Source: Okeania sp. (GTDB lineage Bacteria > Cyanobacteriota > Cyanobacteriia > Cyanobacteriales > Microcoleaceae). Taken from it: 12,770 nt of DNA. The DNA lies in NCBI RefSeq assembly GCF_035285525.1, contig NZ_JAYKGW010000201.1:1-12770 (forward strand). The letters run 5' to 3'. Numbering within the stretch: position 1 is the first letter of the stretch; every line of letters begins with the position of its first letter. Below the pieces are notes generated by a model. It was not told the origin of the DNA. It made no database searches and saw only the letters and a list, made by a program, of their open reading frames with translations. Position numbers and translations under genes: made by a program. Below are positions 1 to 7,325 of this stretch, piece by piece.

Positions 1-125
1 ACAGCCTCAGGCAAGTACACCATCTCAATCAAGGCCACAGCCTCAGGCAAGTACACCATCTCAATCAAGGCCACAGCCTCAGGCAAGTACACCATCTCAA
101 TCAAGGCCACAGCCTCAGGCAAGTC
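1..125 (+). repeat. Perfect 36-bp in-frame tandem repeat (3 full copies plus a diverging partial copy)
   Basis: ACAGCCTCAGGCAAGTACACCATCTCAATCAAGGCC occurs identically at 1-36, 37-72 and 73-108. A fourth copy starts at 109 and diverges after about 16 nt. Confidence 0.95.
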
Positions 126-637
126 AACAGGGATCGCCAGGAAGCGATACTCATAGCTCAGAGACAAAAGTTACAACTACTCCTCCAGGTAATAAACAAA
201 CAACATCTTCACCACCAAAACCACCAGAACCACCAAAATTACCAACTGCATCTACTCAACAAGTACCAAGTTTACCTGAATTACCAATAACAGGAAGTCC
301 ACCTTCTCAATGGAGAGGACCTGGTTTTCCACCAGCACCACCGTCGCCACCTCCACCTCCACCTCCACCTCCACCTCCACCAGATACCAATATTGCTAAT
401 GGCATAGAAGTTAGTGGAGTTGTGCAAGTGGGCACTCAAAAGCAGATTATTGTTAAAGTTCCGACCGAACCTACCAGCAGATATGTGAAAATTGGACAAA
501 GGCTAGCTAATGGCCAAGTGTTGGTAAAGCGAGTTGATTTGAAGAAAGGAGCTGAACCAGTAATTGTGTTTGAGCAAAGTGGTGTGGAAATTTCTAAAGA
601 GGTTGGAAGTAAGCCAGCAACTACTGAAGGACGATAA
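2..637 (+). CDS. Proline/Ser/Thr-rich repeat protein, 5'-truncated by the window edge; the C-terminal ~70 aa form a small beta-rich domain (PilP/GspC-like, tentative)
   Basis: Frame 2 is open from base 2 to TAA at 635-637. The ORF track reports only the part after the internal Met at 422. Translation gives QPQASTPSQSRP x3, then ...SPPKPPEPPKLP..., PPAPPSPPPPPPPPPPPPD, then IEVSGVVQVGTQKQIIVKVPTEPTSRYVKIGQRLANGQVLVKRVDLKKGAEPVIVFEQSGVEISKEVG. The functional call rests only on remembered PilP-like residue spacing. Confidence 0.6.
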   Translation, partial: QPQASTPSQSRPQPQASTPSQSRPQPQASTPSQSRPQPQASQQGSPGSDTHSSETKVTTTPPGNKQTTSSPPKPPEPPKLPTASTQQVPSLPELPITGSPPSQWRGPGFPPAPPSPPPPPPPPPPPPDTNIANGIEVSGVVQVGTQKQIIVKVPTEPTSRYVKIGQRLANGQVLVKRVDLKKGAEPVIVFEQSGVEISKEVGSKPATTEGR

Positions 638-713
638 AGAATAACTGCTTTTCAGCAAGTTTAGACATTTAATCATATAAATATAGTTTAAGAAAAGGAC
701 ATTTTCAATAATA

Positions 714-741
714 GATAATTGATAATGGATAATTGATAATT
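714..741. repeat. STRR-type heptamer tract (GATAATT x4, one mismatch)
   Basis: The sequence reads gataatt gataatg gataatt gataatt directly. Confidence 0.8.
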
Positions 742-1650
742 ACCTCTCCCTAAAAGGAAGAGGATTGAATAAAAGGAAAAAATTTATTTTTCTTGGTCGA
801 TTAGATATAGTTAGGGAACCCATCTATCTCACCCTTTCGGAAACTAGGCTTTTTATAGCGCGCAGCGTTTCATGCAGGCTCAAGCGCCTTTCGCTGCGCG
901 ACATATAAAGCGAAGCGCAAAAACGACAGCTTTTTAACCCTTGAAAGGGGAAACTTCAAGGCGCGAATTATTTAATTATTTAATTATTAATCCTTCGGTA
1001 ACCCAGGTTCCGCACGTCAATTTGTAACACTAGAGTATTATAATAATTTGGTAGTTTAGTAAGTACTTATACTGTACAAAGTATCTTTATTTAACTTGAT
1101 CCTGAGTCAAATTCTCAAGAAAATATTAAGTATTTATGCTTAATTAATTGTTGACTTTTATTGACCATTATGATTTTTTCCTGAATTATGACTCCTTACT
1201 TCCCCTCCTGGGAAGGCTTAGGGGTAAGTTGACCCCTGACTCCTAATTTAACACTACATTTTGACGTGCGAAATTTAGGTTATAACTAGGTATGCACAAA
1301 AAAAGCTTGACTACATTAAATTTTGTAAATTATACCAATGTGCGCACTTAATATTTACACATTATTTTCTGTACACCTTTTCGCTTACTGTATGCACTTT
1401 CAGCTAGACATTGTAAATACCTAGGCACTCATTGCTATAACTCAAATCAAGGGGGTGAAAGAAAATAAACTTCACTATTTCAAGCCTCTAGCAACAGCTG
1501 CGAGGTACTGATAACTGATATGATCTACTCAATAGAGATTAGGAAATTGCTGAATAAAATAAGGAATAAGGTCAATTTTTCTGAGTAAGTAAAGAGAATA
1601 ATAAAAAAGGAAATTTCAGATTTCAAGCCTTCCTATTTCAGGGAGTACTA

Positions 1651-1678
1651 ATAACTGATAACTGATAACTGATAACTG
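1651..1678. repeat. STRR-type heptamer tract (ATAACTG x4) ending 2 nt before the MORN gene start codon
   Basis: Four perfect heptamers at 1651-1678 are followed by AA and then ATG at 1681. Confidence 0.9.
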
Positions 1679-1680
1679 AA

Positions 1681-2418
1681 ATGACCATGTTGCTATTAAT
1701 AAAACAACTAACTAAAGTAATATTAACAGGTTCTTGTCTAGGATACATAATTATGATATCCTATTATCAGCCTTTAATGGCACAAGAACAAACAGAAGCA
1801 CCTTTTTGTGAAGGTAATCCCCCTACAGGCAGAGTTAAGTGTAATTATTCTAATGGAGATAATTATTCTGGAGATTTTGTCAATGGAAGACCACAAGGGA
1901 GCGGTATATATGTCTATGCTAATCGCGATCGCTATGAGGGGCAATTTCGTAATGGTCTTCCCAATGGACAAGGTACTTTTATATTTTCCAATGACGCTAG
2001 GGTTACAGGAGTATTCCAAAATGGACAAATTAGCTCTGGGACAATTATTTTCGCGAATGGTGATCGGTTTGTTGGAGATTTTAGATTAGTCCAGAATCTC
2101 TCTAGTAGTGTGATTAGCAGTCAGCCTACAGGTAAAGGTCAATTTATTTACGCTAATGGTGATCGTTATGAGGGAGAATTCTTTGCTGGAGAACCTTTTG
2201 GTCCAGGAGTTTTTACTCGCAGTGATGGAATACGATGTCAAGGAGATTTTTACAACGCAGCACTAGATGGCAAAGGAAATTGTACATATCCTAATGGAAT
2301 TCGCTATGAAGGGGAACTAAGGGGTGGAATACCCCATGGAGTGGGGATAATTATAGATTCTGAAGGAAAGCGATTTCCTGGAGTTTTCCGTAATGGTCAA
2401 AGAGAGGAAGAAACATAA
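1681..2418 (+). CDS. MORN repeat-containing protein with an N-terminal hydrophobic (signal/anchor-like) segment
   Basis: 245-aa ORF. The N-terminus is LLLIKQLTKVILTGSCLGYIIMI. It is followed by repeated Y.NGD.YEG.F..G...G.G units (YSNGDNYSGDF, YANRDRYEGQF, FANGDRFVGDF, YANGDRYEGEF, YPNGIRYEGEL), the classic MORN pattern. Confidence 0.9.
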   Translation: MTMLLLIKQLTKVILTGSCLGYIIMISYYQPLMAQEQTEAPFCEGNPPTGRVKCNYSNGDNYSGDFVNGRPQGSGIYVYANRDRYEGQFRNGLPNGQGTFIFSNDARVTGVFQNGQISSGTIIFANGDRFVGDFRLVQNLSSSVISSQPTGKGQFIYANGDRYEGEFFAGEPFGPGVFTRSDGIRCQGDFYNAALDGKGNCTYPNGIRYEGELRGGIPHGVGIIIDSEGKRFPGVFRNGQREEET

Positions 2419-2438
2419 TATTATTTTGATTAATACTA

Positions 2439-3343
2439 GGGCGTGTCATCAATTACAGAGGTTGACATTAAAGTATACTATACTGATCAACAATAACAAC
2501 CATAGGACGGCTCTAAATGACTAGACGTTATGGCTTCCGTGATGACCAATGGGAGCTACAAATTTACGACCAGGACGTAAAGGAACTGTCCTTCCGAAAG
2601 CACAGGACAATCGTCTCTTTGTGGAAGCTGTTTTATATAGATATGAAGCTGGAATTCTCTGGAGAGACTTACTATTATTGATTTGGGGACTTCCGCATTG
2701 TCCATACCAGTTTGAGTCCTTGGAGCCGTTCAGGAGTCTGGAACAGACTATTTTCAGCTCTAGCTGAAGATGCAGATAATCAATGTGCCATGATCGATGC
2801 TACTATTGTTCCTGCTCATCAACATAGTGCTGGAGCCAAGGAGAGTAGTGCAGAACAGGAAGATATTAGTCTTAGCTTTCCTAGGATTGAGTACCAACAT
2901 ACATGGGGTAGTAGATGCTCTCGGTAATCCCACCAATTTTTTTTAACTCCAGGCCAAGCCTGCGACTTAGATAGAGCAGATATTCTCTTGCCCCTTGTAG
3001 AAACTGATGCCATTTTGGCTGATAAAGCTTATGATACTCAGAAACGAGTAATTGGGCTTTTAACCCAAAGCGGAATAGAAGTAGTAATTCCACCTAAGAA
3101 AAATCGCAAAGTAAAGTCGTCACTACGATGAAATATTGTACAAAGCACCTCATCTCATAGAAAATTTCTTCGCTAAACTTAAACAGTATCGAGCCATCCC
3201 TACTAGGTATGATCAGCGTTCAGTAAACTTTCTAGGGGGAATTTATTTGGTAGCCTCAGTCATTTTATGAGCTCGCGCGATTACCATTTTCTAGAAAGCA
3301 GAGAATAACTCTAATGTCAACCTATTTAATTTATCACACACCC
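2439..3343 (+). mobile_element. Decayed IS5-family insertion sequence (IS427/IS1031-like size class, ~0.9 kb)
   Basis: The imperfect terminal inverted repeats are 2439-2473 (gggcgtgtcatcaattacagaggttgacattaaag) and the reverse complement of 3309-3343 (gggtgtgtgataaattaaataggttgacattagag), about 29/35 identical. CTAG sits at both junctions (2436-2439 and 3343-3346). An IS5-type transposase remnant lies inside. Confidence 0.8.
2517..3270 (+). pseudogene. IS5-family DDE transposase (DUF4096 N-terminus plus DDE_Tnp_1_2 type), multiply frameshifted
   Basis: Recognisable segments are scattered over three frames. MTRRYGFRDDQWE is in frame 3, from 2517. LRPGRKGTVLPKAQDNRLFVEAVLYRYEAGILWRDL is in frame 2. 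WSRSGVWNRLFSALAEDADNQCAMIDATIVPAHQHSAGAK is in frame 3. GLSTNIHGVVDALGNPTNFF is in frame 1. TPGQACDLDRADILLPLVETDAILADKAYDTQKRVIGLLTQSGIEVVIPPKKNRK is in frame 3, after a shift at the T8 run 2937-2944. YDEILYKAPHLIENFFAKLKQYRAIPTRYDQRSVNFLGGIYLVASVIL* is in frame 1, with the stop at 3268-3270. That is at least five frame changes, more than one programmed frameshift can explain. Confidence 0.85.
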
Positions 3344-3438
3344 TAGATTAATTGCAACAAAACTTAAAAAATTATTAGACTTAAAAAGGATAGGATAGAT
3401 TAACAATTTTACCATACTTAATTTAAGGGAAAAAAATC

Positions 3439-3648
3439 ATGGTTCAACGTGGTTCTAAAGTTCGGATTTTACGGAAAGAATCCTACTGGTATCAGGATAT
3501 TGGTACAGTTGCTTCTATTGACAAAAGTGGCATTAAGTATCCAGTTATTGTCCGCTTTGACAAAGTAAACTACAACGGTTTTAGTGGTAGTGCAGGCGGC
3601 GTTAATACTAATAACTTTAGTATGGATGAAGTTGTAGAGGTAAAATGA
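3439..3648 (+). CDS. psaE: Photosystem I reaction centre subunit IV (PsaE)
   Basis: The 69-aa product [68 protein letters not shown] matches the highly conserved cyanobacterial PsaE sequence as I remember it. A purine-rich stretch (aaggga) precedes the ATG. Confidence 0.95.
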   Translation: MVQRGSKVRILRKESYWYQDIGTVASIDKSGIKYPVIVRFDKVNYNGFSGSAGGVNTNNFSMDEVVEVK

Positions 3649-3753
3649 CCGAAAGGCAGATAATTAGGTTCAAATTGTTTTGGGAATCTAAAACTATAGA
3701 AAAAGCTAAGTCTAGCAACTCTAAATTCAACAAGCAAAAGTAGCTAAAAACCA

Positions 3754-3962
3754 AGCATTCAGCTATTAGCTATTAGCTATCAGCCATTAATATCAAATCT
3801 ACCTTTAGAGAATAAAATTAATATTGACAAAAACTCCAAATCTTGCTAAGGTTTGGTTTCCAAACCTCTACAATATTGCATTGTACCAATACTACTGGAT
3901 TTGATATTATTTATTAAATTTATTCTCTAAAGCTAATAGCTCTTAGCTGACGGCTGAATGCT
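3754..3962. repeat. Composite inverted-repeat element between psaE and mutM (MITE-like or structured spacer)
   Basis: There are four perfect inverted pairs: agcattcagc 3754-3763 / gctgaatgct 3953-3962; gctattagc 3762-3770 / gctaatagc 3932-3940; atatcaaatc 3790-3799 / gatttgatat 3899-3908; ctttagagaataaa 3803-3816 / tttattctctaaag 3919-3932. A central perfect hairpin is aggtttgg-ttt-ccaaacct at 3849-3867. Confidence 0.6.
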
Positions 3963-4056
3963 GACGGCAAAAAATATCTCAGATAAATTTACTAGGAAAA
4001 AATTTTGGCAGTATCTATCTATAATAATAATAAAACTGTAGAAAATAGTTAGCATT

Positions 4057-4962
4057 GTGCCAGAACTGCCAGAAGTAGAAATAATAAAACGAGGTCTCAA
4101 TCAACTGACTCTCAATAAACAAATATTGGGTGGGGAAGTGTTGCTAGAACGCACGGTTGCTCACCCTACTTCTATTGATGATTTTTTAGATGGGTTACAG
4201 GGAAAGGCGATCGCCAGGTGGCATCGAAGAGGTAAATATTTGCTAGCCCAACTCTACAAATGGAAGAAAGAAACTTTAGAACTTAACTTGGTTAAACAAG
4301 AGGAGGATGGTTGGTTAGGAGTACATCTACGAATGACAGGGCAACTTTTATGGGTAAATCCAGAAGCAGAACTACACAAACACACCAGGGTTAGATTATT
4401 TTTTGGTCATAAATCAACAGAAGACAAAAAAAATTCTACCCATGAATTAAGGTTTGTAGACCAACGTACTTTTGGTAAAATGTGGGGAGTAAGACCAGCA
4501 ACAGAAATATCTCACATTATTACAGCTCTGAAACAACTAGGTCCAGAACCTTTTTTCCCAGCATTTTCCCCTGAGTATCTTAGCAAAAAATTACACAAAA
4601 GCCATAGACCTATCAAAACGACTCTTTTAGACCAAACTATTATTGCGGGGTTAGGTAATATTTATGCTGATGAAGCTCTATTTTTAAGTGGTATTAGACC
4701 AACAACTTTATCTAAAGATTTGACTAATCACCAATTAGAACAGTTACATTTAGCTATTATTAAGGTTTTAGCAACTTCTATAGATAAAGGTGGTACAACT
4801 TTTAGCAATTTTTTGAATGTTCAAGGAGTTAATGGTAATTATGGCGGTGTAGCTTGGGTTTATAATCGTTTTGGTCAGCCATGTCGCATTTGTGATACAT
4901 CTTTGGAAAAAATTAAGTTGGCAGGAAGAACTACCCATTTTTGTCCTCAATGTCAATCTTAG
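4057..4962 (+). CDS. mutM: Formamidopyrimidine-DNA glycosylase (Fpg/MutM)
   Basis: A GTG start gives (M)PELPEVE with the catalytic Pro2/Glu3. Other motifs are LGVHLRMTG, FVDQRTFG, the H2TH region GLGNIYADEALF, and the C-terminal zinc finger CRICDTSLEKIKLAGRTTHFCPQC. At 301 aa it carries two apparent lineage-specific insertions (YKWKKETLELNLVKQEED and KSTEDKKNST). Confidence 0.93.
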   Translation: MPELPEVEIIKRGLNQLTLNKQILGGEVLLERTVAHPTSIDDFLDGLQGKAIARWHRRGKYLLAQLYKWKKETLELNLVKQEEDGWLGVHLRMTGQLLWVNPEAELHKHTRVRLFFGHKSTEDKKNSTHELRFVDQRTFGKMWGVRPATEISHIITALKQLGPEPFFPAFSPEYLSKKLHKSHRPIKTTLLDQTIIAGLGNIYADEALFLSGIRPTTLSKDLTNHQLEQLHLAIIKVLATSIDKGGTTFSNFLNVQGVNGNYGGVAWVYNRFGQPCRICDTSLEKIKLAGRTTHFCPQCQS

Positions 4963-4993
4963 GGGATAGGCAGTAGAGAGTAGGGCGTAGGTA

Positions 4994-5016
4994 AGTTATC
5001 AGTTATCAGTTATCAG
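4994..5016. repeat. STRR-type heptamer tract (AGTTATC x3 plus a partial copy)
   Basis: The tract is agttatc agttatc agttatc ag. The same heptamer recurs at 5779-5791, 7121-7133 and 9028-9037. Confidence 0.85.
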
Positions 5017-5490
5017 CTTTTTTAGTTTTTATGTTTGAACATTAGATAAAGTTATGATTTTGAAATTTTGGCTTTAATATTTTAAATTTTACTACTTTTG
5101 CGTGACTGTTAAATGGGGAAATTTTTTTGGGTTGGTTAACGAGGTTTCAAGATTTTTAGCGCTTTTTTTTGATTTTGTGATATTATAGACATAGAGTATA
5201 ATTGGAGCCTTTTATTTCTTAATTTAGTTTTATAACTGTTATTTCTTATTATGCTGTTGTTTTGGTCTGTTTTTGTCTGAATTTGCTTTGCTTAAAATGA
5301 CTTTTTTTATCTGTCCGTTTTTTGCTGTTTTGACAAAGTGTTGATTTTGTGATAGCAAAGCAGGTTTTTTCGTTTTTTTTAATTGTATTTTGTTGAATAA
5401 TTAGTCTAGAGGATGGGCAAACAAAAACCAATAATTTTATCATATCACAGTTGGCTTGAGGATGCAACCCTAATTCTCTGATCGGCGCGA
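5005..5490 (+). other. Conserved T-rich non-coding segment, copy A (paralogous to 9027-9514); it precedes tandem array A
   Basis: It aligns colinearly by eye with 9027-9514 at roughly four fifths identity. Shared blocks are ggttaacgaggtttcaa.atttttagcgcttttttt, aaaatgacttttttt, tgttttgacaaagtgtt.gttttgtgatag, ttgaataattagtctag and aggatgcaaccctaattctct.atcggcgcga. No ORF is conserved between the copies. Confidence 0.8.
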
Positions 5491-5718
5491 TTTTTTTTGG
5501 GGAGTGCTTCAGAGAATGAAAATTTTGAGTAATTAGGGAAGGTTTGATAATCAAGCGATCGCTACTTTATTTCCAGGGGTGCTTCAGAGAATGAAAATTT
5601 TGAGTAATTAGGGAAGGTTTGATGGTAGAGGAAATTTCGACTTTTCCTGAGTGAGGGTGCTTCAAAGAATGAAAATTTTGAGTAATTAGGGAAGGTTTGA
5701 TAATCAAGCGATCGCTAC
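5491..5718 (+). repeat. Modular tandem array A (3 units of 75-77 bp)
   Basis: The units are 5491-5565, 5566-5641 and 5642-5718. Each has a T-run, then the core GG(G)TGCTTCA(G/A)AGAATGAAAATTTTGAGTAATTAGGGAAGGTTTGAT. The tail is either aatcaagcgatcgctac (HIP1 module; units 1 and 3) or ggtagaggaaatttcgac (unit 2). Confidence 0.9.
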
Positions 5719-5963
5719 CTTCTTCCTCTTTGTCAGCGATGGGTGTACCTCAAGGGCAAGGGAAAGCGCTGTCATTTCAGTTATCAGTTATTTTGATAGA
5801 CATTATATTTTAGTCTTTAATAAACCTAGTTTCTCTGCTTCAATAGAAAGAATTTAAGATCTGACATCTAACTTCTAAAAAATCTGTATAAGAAAAAATA
5901 TCTACTTAATCTAATTCCCCATTAAAATTTAATAGAGACAAGAAAAGAAAAGGAATCCATATT

Positions 5964-6182
5964 ATGGCAGATATTAAAAAAGGTAGTTTAGTTCGTGTTG
6001 TCCGAGAAAAACTGGAAAATAGTATAGAAGCTAAAGCCAGTGACAATAATTTTCCTCCTTATATTTTTGAAAGTAAAGGAGAAATTGTTGATACTAGAGG
6101 AGATTATGCTTTTGTTAAATTTGGTAAAGTTCCGACTCCGAATATCTGGTTGCGACTAGACCAATTAGAAAAATTTGAATAA
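5964..6182 (+). CDS. ndhO: NAD(P)H-quinone oxidoreductase (NDH-1) subunit O
   Basis: The 72-aa product [72 protein letters not shown] fits the remembered NdhO pattern (KKG.LVRVV.EKLENS.EAKASD..FP.Y.F.SKGEI...[12 protein letters not shown]). The small size and the neighbourhood with psaE/mutM are consistent. Confidence 0.8.
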   Translation: MADIKKGSLVRVVREKLENSIEAKASDNNFPPYIFESKGEIVDTRGDYAFVKFGKVPTPNIWLRLDQLEKFE

Positions 6183-6340
6183 AATTTTCTGTACAACCAA
6201 AACTTTATCAAAATAATGTGGTTCTAAAACCCCATCTTGATTGTACAGCATTCCCTATGGGAATCGGCGCAATATTTTTGGAGTCTTGTAAAATCCCCCT
6301 TACAAAAATCACTTCTGTGTGTAGAGCATGAGCTAGGAAC

Positions 6341-6377
6341 TTCTGACTTCTGACTTCTGACTTCTAACTTCTAACTT
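6341..6377. repeat. STRR-type heptamer tract (TTCTGAC x3, TTCTAAC x2)
   Basis: The tract reads ttctgac ttctgac ttctgac ttctaac ttctaac ttc directly. Confidence 0.9.
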
Positions 6378-6504
6378 CGTTAAAGGGAGCGAATAACTAT
6401 TCGTTCCCTATTAATCTCAAAAAGTTACTATTTTGGACAATAGTTAGACAAAAAAATTACTCTTCTATTCCCCAACTCCTGAAAATGGTTCAAAAAATTA
6501 AAAT

Positions 6505-6751
6505 CTAGTATTTGATTAAAGATGAAAGTTCATCCCACAAATTCGGGAAACTAACTCGGAAAGTATCAGGTTTTGCTAGTTCCATATCTTGGTATTCAAA
6601 ACCTGGAGCAACTGTTTCTCCTAACAAACCAACTATCACCTCCATTTCTATCAGTATTGATGCTCATTTGGGAACGGTAAGTCTCTTGAAAATAACCTCC
6701 TTCTGTATGTTTAACTAAAGATAATTTTTCAATTATATCTTGCTTATTCAT
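6505..6751 (-). pseudogene. Remnant of a DUF985 (Cupin_5) family cupin gene, with an internal deletion and frameshift
   Basis: On the minus strand, ATG at 6751 gives MNKQDIIEKLSLVKHTEGGYFQETYRSQMSINTDRNGGDS..., the family N-terminal motif (L..HPEGGYF.ETYRS). It then runs into TGA. A second frame continues VIVGLLGETVAPGFEYQDMELAKPDTFRVSFPNLWDELSSLIKY* (stop 6505-6507), the family C-terminal motif (LVGCTVAPGF.F.DFEL). The ~70-aa central cupin barrel is missing, and the 247-nt span is not a multiple of 3. Confidence 0.5.
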
Positions 6752-7325
6752 TAACAATTTTACCCCTGAAAATAATGTAAATCAAATAAAATAGAATTAC
6801 ATAAGGCTTACTGATTAAATATAAAAGCGTTGATAAATAAATATTTTAGCCTTTTGATTTATGTCGAAAGTAGTGCCTAACTTTTGGCTGTTGTTGTCTC
6901 AAAATAATAAATTTTTGACCTTAACTATCAGAAAATCTGGCCGTGACAAATAGTTTAAACTGTTCCCTCTTCCCTTCTTTTACTAACCGACTTATTCAGC
7001 AAATCCTAAGTATTTATTTAAGAGAAATATGGAGTTAGTAATATAAAAAATTTTGGTAACTTTTTGCTATTAGTAAAATCTCCTACTAGGACTTAAAATC
7101 AAACAAATTCTTTTTAAGTTATCAGTTATTTAGGAACTCCGTATCAAGCTGGTATTTTCAAACTTGAAACTTCCTTTTTTATACTATAGAAAGGAAAAAG
7201 TTGAGACCTTATTGCTACGAAAAAATTTTAGTAGTTATACAGAAGTAGTTTGGCTAACTAATATAACTTCTTACTTGGAGAAATATTTCGACTAAACCTA
7301 CTACTTGTTTATCATTACTAAAATA

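Noticed and set aside
281-499. Minus-strand ORF with a WRWRWRWRW run
   Set aside because: It is the antisense of the poly-proline (CCACCT)n tract of the plus-strand CDS, whose frame is open from the window edge.
1316-1345. TTGACT ... TATACC promoter-like pair in the spacer upstream of the MORN gene
   Set aside because: The spacing (~18) and the -10 quality (no terminal T) are poor, the site is 340 bp from the ATG, and such matches are expected by chance in AT-rich DNA.
1774-2089. ORFs 1774..2028 (-) and 1808..2089 (+) overlapping the MORN gene
   Set aside because: They lie entirely inside the clearly coding MORN frame and have no motifs of their own.
2549-3093. ORFs 2549..2767, 2712..2927 (+) and 2819..3013, 2881..3093 (-) as separate genes
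   Set aside because: The plus-strand pieces are fragments of one frameshifted IS5-family transposase, annotated as a single pseudogene. The minus-strand ones are antisense shadows.
4768-4956. Minus-strand 62-aa ORF inside mutM
   Set aside because: It overlaps the well-supported mutM frame and has no motifs.
5249-5554. Minus-strand 101-aa Lys-rich ORF in leader copy A
   Set aside because: The paralogous leader copy B (9027-9514) has no equivalent open frame, and differences between the copies are not codon-patterned. The frame is a consequence of the A-rich minus strand.
5556-5565. HIP1 palindrome plus T-run in the repeat units as intrinsic terminators
   Set aside because: GCGATCGC is self-complementary but leaves no loop. 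The best intramolecular stem is ~3 bp, too weak for a terminator.
6262-6285. atcggcgcaatatttttggag, resembling the leader/array junction (atcggcgcgattttttttgggg), as a fourth degenerate copy
   Set aside because: The similarity covers only ~20 nt, with no repeat core following. It is too short to separate from chance.
6512-6718. Plus-strand 68-aa ORF
   Set aside because: It is antisense to the recognisable DUF985 cupin remnant and has no motifs.
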